Below are positions 58,666 through 64,000 of a DNA stretch of 64,000 bases, piece after piece (the stretch's first letter is position 1; every line of letters begins with the position of its first letter). Below the pieces are notes generated by a model. That model had not been told where the DNA came from. It was given only the letters and a program-made list of their open reading frames with translations, and ran no database searches. Source of the stretch: Podospora anserina (lineage: Eukaryota); NCBI GenBank assembly GCA_017654855.1, contig CM030334.1, positions 434,001 through 498,000 of the forward strand, in the 5' to 3' direction. A program made the translations under genes and the position numbers.

Positions 58666-61224
58666 CTAAGAATGCTCCCAAATCTTGAACGAAAATGGGC
58701 TACTCTTCGGCCTCCCCCTTTCAGGGCCAAACGTTTCTCTTCTCGTCCTCTCAAGCACCTCTGGCGGCGCAAACCCATAATACACCCTCCCATTCCCAAC
58801 AGTTGAGGCCCCGGTCGAACTGGCCGTAGTTGGCCTGTTCGACAACCCTATCCCAATCCGTGGCGTGCCGACGCTCTCCCGATCAGAGATAACTCCATAC
58901 CCCAGCCTGGTCTCCTTGATCTCCCACGGCACCTCGCCCCATTTGCTTGTCTTCCACGGCAGTTCCTCCAGGCAAGGGGCTCTGGTCGCTGCTATAACAG
59001 AGGAGACTTTGACATCCCTGACATGGTAGTTGTTCTGCGCCAGGGCCGCGGTTCCCAAGCCGACGCAGATGATGGTAGCCAAGATGGCAATCGAATAGGC
59101 TATCCACAGATCGCGCTGGACATACAGGTACGAGTTTGCGATGCGGGTTTTCACGCAGGGGTATTTCGGACTGGTGTCGTCTTCAGGTGATTCGGAAGCT
59201 GTCACGCCGGAGCGGGTCTGGGGTTCCGCAGCCCATGATACAATCATGAATTGCGGGTTGGAGAGCAGCGAGAGGGTGATGTTTTCGTAAAACTCCTGAA
59301 CAGCGTCCATGAGGTTCGGAACGGCGAGAAAAGTAGCCTTGTCGATGAGCCGAGTCTGGGTAGCATCTGTGGTCGGATTCGGGAACGGGATGTAATGAAT
59401 CTTGCCTTTTAGAAACTGCCGAAAACCCAGACCTAGGGAATGGTACGCGGCTGATAGCCGGTAGAGCTCGTAGTCCGGATAGGGAAGAATATAATTGTTC
59501 TTTGGCTGGGCAGTCGTAGTGTCATTGGTGCCATCCGCAAGAGTGCTGTTAACAGTCTCCAGTTTGGTATCGATGATGGGCTTCAAGTGCTGTTTTTGGA
59601 TGACTTTAGTCGACTGGGAGGAGAAAGTATGATTAAACTGAACAGTATACCGGGTTACGTAGTGTTCACATCGAAATATGACTGGTTCGTACCCGGACTG
59701 GAAATCAACGTTGTCCTTTTTGGATGGCGGCAGAGCGTCGTTTGGCCTTGTGCGAACCGAGTGTCCTATCCAAAGGACAGGCTCTGTGCGGAGGGCACCC
59801 AAATGTCTCGGAAATGGCTTTTTAACGGGCACGCCCCCTTCCAGTGTGTCAACCTGTGGTCTGGCGTATTCGCCAGCCATAACATCGGCAATGTAGGCAT
59901 AATCTCCTTTTGGGATCAGATCAGAGGAATCAAAAGGTGCTCCTCGATCTCGAAGGGCTTTGTTATCCATATTCAGGCCTCGACCTAGTTCATCACACTT
60001 GTAACCTGGTGCCTCAAAGGTGATAACATAACTGCAATTCCACCCCCTTCCGCAAGTGTCAAGAGCCACATTTTCTCGAGGCACGACATTTCCGGAGTAG
60101 GCGGTTTGCTTTGTCACCAAATCAGCAGGCTGGCTAATGCCATCCCAGTAGTCGTAGAAAGTCTGGTTGTAGGGCTCGAAGACCTCCGACGAGTTGGTCA
60201 GTGTGCAATTCCAAAGTGAGAGCGAGAAACCGGGGTAGCCATAGAGTCGATCAGCCAGCCGCCAGTTCTTTTTGCGTTCGGTGTCGAAATTGAGTGTCCG
60301 CACAGTGCTACACTCGGCCTGCTTTGCTTCTTCTCGAAGCTCGACAGTGAGAGAGGAAGGAGTCAAGATGACGACGAGGGGAAACAGCCTTTCTCAGGGT
60401 GGCACACGGTCAGTTGAATCTTACACACATGGATTTTGAAGAGCGGCTTACCACATAATAACGGCAAGGAAAATCACCACCTTGCTTTTCCTCCAGATCT
60501 CGGTGTTGAACAAGCCTGTCAAGTCTTGGCTGATGGCGAAGATTCCGTCGACGGTCTTGAGCCTCAAATGGCGCCTTCTCACTGTCACCCAGACCTGTTG
60601 CCGGTACGCAAAGAAAACGGCAGCGAAGAGGGATGCTTTAGAAGCATACGAAAGGAAGCCGCCGAACCTCATCATCTTCAACTGGTCATCCGCTGGCTTC
60701 CCGTTCAAGCTGACGTAGAAGGCATGATGGGAGCCTGCAAAGACGATGCCAAGAAACAAGGCGGCATACATCACCCATGGTGCGTTGAGCCAGCTCCATG
60801 ACCAACGTGGTGGTCGTAGCAGTGGCTTTTCTGGGCCATCCGGGGACAGGTCTCTGTTCTGATATTGAGAATAGAAGCCGGCCGTGTCGGGTGTTCCGGC
60901 GTAATACTCGTTTTGGTGAAGACCATGAGGTGTTTTGGTCTCATCATATGGGGGACTGCCAAAAGGGGAGGCTTGTCGAACTCGGCCGGAGTCTGTCGTC
61001 CCGCCTTGTTGATTTATACCCAGCCCAATGCCTGCTAACGACCCATTCCTTCCTGTTCTCTGGAAAAAGGTTACACGTCGAGGAAGGGGAGGGGATGCTG
61101 GGGAAGAGGTCATTCCGGGAGTCGGCGCAATAGGGTCTGACAAGGTAGGGTCCTGTTGTTGGAGGCCATGATAGTCGGCATTTGTCGATTGCTGCTGACC
61201 GTATTGAAGTGTGTGAGAGGCCAT
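58666..61224 (-). CDS. Conserved-looking fungal multi-pass membrane protein with large luminal domain, 2 exons
   Basis: N-terminal TMs (HHAFYVSLNG, AYRQQVW), intron ~60451-60390, CSYVITFEAPGYKC, C-terminal TM LWIAYSIAILAT; function unknown. Confidence 0.75.
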
Positions 61225-62537
61225 CGCTTCTCTCAGCAAAAGCTGCAAACGTGCTATTCCTATTGCATTCGGGTGGCAAGGCGGGATGGGTTTGCTAGGT
61301 TTGCGGTGATGATGGCGTGTGTAAGTGCGTGGGTGAACAAGGAGGCCCGACACCCGATGCACAGATTACTGCTTCCCAGACTTGAGATTTTGTGAAGAAA
61401 TAAAACACCCAGGGGTACTCGGGTGCACGTCAGTTCACGAGTCCCGGTATATAAGAGGAGCATGGGTGGCAGACAGGGTCAACTCTTGTCTCACCACGCT
61501 GAAGACGACTTTGGCGGGAAGCCATCAACTGCCAAGAACAGGGCTTGTGGAACAGAAGGTGCAAATGCTGGTCGCACTGCAGGCTGGGAATAACTCATGG
61601 GTCTGGCAGGATATGGAAGGGGGGGAACCTGGCCAGTCGTGGGATTTTTCCGAGAGGGCGAGGAACAAACATGGGATGAATCCGCCCACAAAAGCCCAGA
61701 GGCCAACAGCACGAGCGAAGCGAACAAGTGCGGCAGTGCCGGCTTGGGCTGTTGACGATCAGACGTATCTCTCATTACTTACTGCACACACCTGACATAA
61801 AGCAACCGAGATCTGGACATTTCCGAAATACCGAGATTCAAGACCACTCGGAATAGCTCCTCACCGCTCAGTGGTGCCAGTTCCCGGGTAGGGCAGGATT
61901 CATGGAGGCTGTGTGCGGATACTGCGTGGCTTCATGGACAATCCTGCAAGACCAGAGCCATGGAACCAACCGCAGATGGTATTATCGAGGACTCGTTCTG
62001 CAGCGGGGGTACTCGGATCACCGCTCTCGAATCACTCTGGATTGTTGGTTGGATGGTGTTGGCTGCCCGACTATTGGCCGCATTTTCGAGGCCGCACGCT
62101 TCATGCTCGAGAAGGAAGCAAGCAAAGGCACTTGTTACTGTCAGCACCCTAGCAGACACTCCTAGCCTCAAAGATACAAACAAAGCTTTGGAGGGAGATT
62201 ATTGCAGTTTGAAAGCTGCCGATGAAAGCAAAAATTGGAGAAGAGAAGGGAAGCCCGCATCCGCAGTTTTGGTGGGATGTTGGATTGGGCTTCGACCACT
62301 GGGAGATATGCCCCACAATGCGGCGCCAACACGCCGGGAGCACAGTGCGCAGAAGCACGGTCATAATGTAGCCTCCCGTCCCCCACATCTGTCATTGCAT
62401 ACATAAAAAGCCAGTTGTTTTTGAATGTCAATCAAGTGATTCCCAGACAAACATTTTGTCTATGATGAAAAAGTGCCAATGAACAAAAGGTATATCTACT
62501 GTAAGTCACTGGATATTGAAAATGTGGGCAAAAGGAT

Positions 62538-62609
62538 AGGACGAAACGTGATTTGAACACGTGACCTACCGGACTGCAGCCGGTTGCTCTACCCCTGAGC
62601 TATTCGTCC
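62538..62609 (-). tRNA. tRNA-Cys(GCA)
   Basis: GGACGAATAGCTCAGGGGTAGAGCA, anticodon stem ACCGG/CCGGT, loop CT-GCA-GT, T arm ACGTG-TTCAAAT-CACGT; 72 nt. Confidence 0.95.
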
Positions 62610-63646
62610 TGGGATTTTGATTTGTTTGATGTAAAACTTTTGGAAGCTTGGCATTATATAACAAGCATATCCAACCAAAATCAGCAGACGTCATGCTTGA
62701 TCAATAGCTCCGGCAACTGCAACCCGCCGCACTCCGCAACATGATCACCACACTGCCGCCTCACATCATCGAACAGTAGGATTTGTTCCACGGGACCGCC
62801 TAGACCATTCCTTAAAATACGCATGTAAATGATCGACCCTCCACATTCACAACACACACGCTGATGACGCAGCTCGGACTCCCCCATTCGACCTCGGATA
62901 TCGGCAGCTTATCATTTTGAAAGAATGCCACCGTTGTGTAGCAGGCAAATGCCACCGAACCATAGTCCGCACGCGTGTCGGTTTAACAACACTGTCATTT
63001 TGACGTAGTTACTCAATACTACGCTATCTGTGTCCAGAACCCTCCAAATATCCTCCTATATCGGCTCCGATTGCTTCTGAACGACCTTTGGAGGTATGAC
63101 AGCCCTGCCGTGCCTTTTCCAATCACCAGTCGCCTGTCCTGGACCAGGTATATTTCAAAGACCACTGGATGCCAGAAAGCTGGTAATCTTCTCAAATGAC
63201 TTGGCAGCAGTCGTGCGGAAGTTGATGCCATGCCCCGTTCAGGGCAAGCTTATGGCCTTGAATGCCTTCGCTTTTGAGAAAATACTGGCCCGGGGTTTTC
63301 CAAAGACACCATCGCAACTGTTTTCTACCTGTTAATCGCTGGAGTTCTATGGTAAAAAGAAACTGACTCACTCTGCCACACAGTAAGGGAAATCATATTT
63401 CCCTGAGAGTATCTGTGGAAATCCGGTCGGTTAATCTCAATATTTTAATATATTCAACTGCGCACACTGCCTGGACTGCAGGAGCGCCATGTCGTCACAG
63501 TTTCAACCAAGCCTTGAACTACTTGAGCGATGCACACCGTATTGCTAGTGGTGTGAACATCCTGGTTCTGCTAAGGTCGTGCCACCAACCATCTTGCAGT
63601 CAAACCATCCCGAAGAGCCATGGAAGCACTTTCGCGGGCACATACC

Positions 63647-64000
63647 GTATCGAGTTGCCTCCCTTTACCCGGTTTCTGGTGGGCAACGATCCGGACGCCA
63701 GCCGCCTCAAGGAACTCCAGCCCGTTCAGATGAGTCGAGTTGTAACTGAAGCCTGTGGTGTTCCGCCAATCCAATCTGTCAACCCCCCATCTCCTCGTAT
63801 AGAGAAAACGCAGTCTTCGGACGGAGCCTACCAGTCAAAACAACCCCATCAACCAGCTTCCTGTTCTTCCTCACGACCTCGGATGAGATCGCGCTTCCAA
63901 AACCATGCCCAACAAGCACAGTTTTCGAAGGCCGCCCGGTACCACCGACATAATGCCCGCCCTTGACCAGCTTTGCCAACTCGGTCAATATGGCCACTTG
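63647..64000 (-). pseudogene. Alpha/beta-hydrolase fragment running off the window end, possibly inactive or truncated
   Basis: KTVLVGHGFGSAIS..VDGVVLTG (intron) FSYNSTHLNG..; nucleophile elbow is GHGFG rather than GHSxG; I cannot trace a convincing downstream exon. Confidence 0.45.

Noticed and set aside
62681..63335. Short minus-strand ORFs that might be gene remnants
   Set aside because: Could not assign any family or consistent exon structure.
1..64000. CRISPR array, rRNA gene or intact transposon
   Set aside because: No spaced direct repeats, rRNA-like sequence, or transposase/reverse-transcriptase ORFs seen; eukaryotic context.

Overview
Gene-dense, intron-containing filamentous-ascomycete DNA, almost certainly Podospora anserina or a close relative. 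The three-exon gene at 37809-38552 splices to a 208-aa glycolipid transfer protein that matches my recollection of HET-C2 (het-c, vegetative incompatibility). Housekeeping genes are glutaminyl-tRNA synthetase, eEF3, Dbp7 helicase and a cytochrome b5 reductase. Other enzymes and transporters: ExoIII/AP endonuclease-like, IroE-like esterase, macrodomain, S41 peptidase, SBP56-like propeller, TNT-domain NADase, phospholipase D, F-box/ankyrin protein, FAD monooxygenase, MFS transporter and a CYTH protein. There are six tRNA genes (Ile, Glu, Ser, Lys, Asp, Cys) and three to four decayed genes. The most notable observations are a strongly base-paired multi-stem element in the long eEF3 intron, a frameshifted Chk2-like kinase/trypsin-fold protease fusion relic, an intronless secreted bacterial-type solute-binding protein, a LysRS-like N-terminal helix on GlnRS, and the NADase/PLD/het-c/ankyrin neighbourhood. 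All family assignments come from motif recognition by eye; no database search was run. I cannot claim a proven new system.
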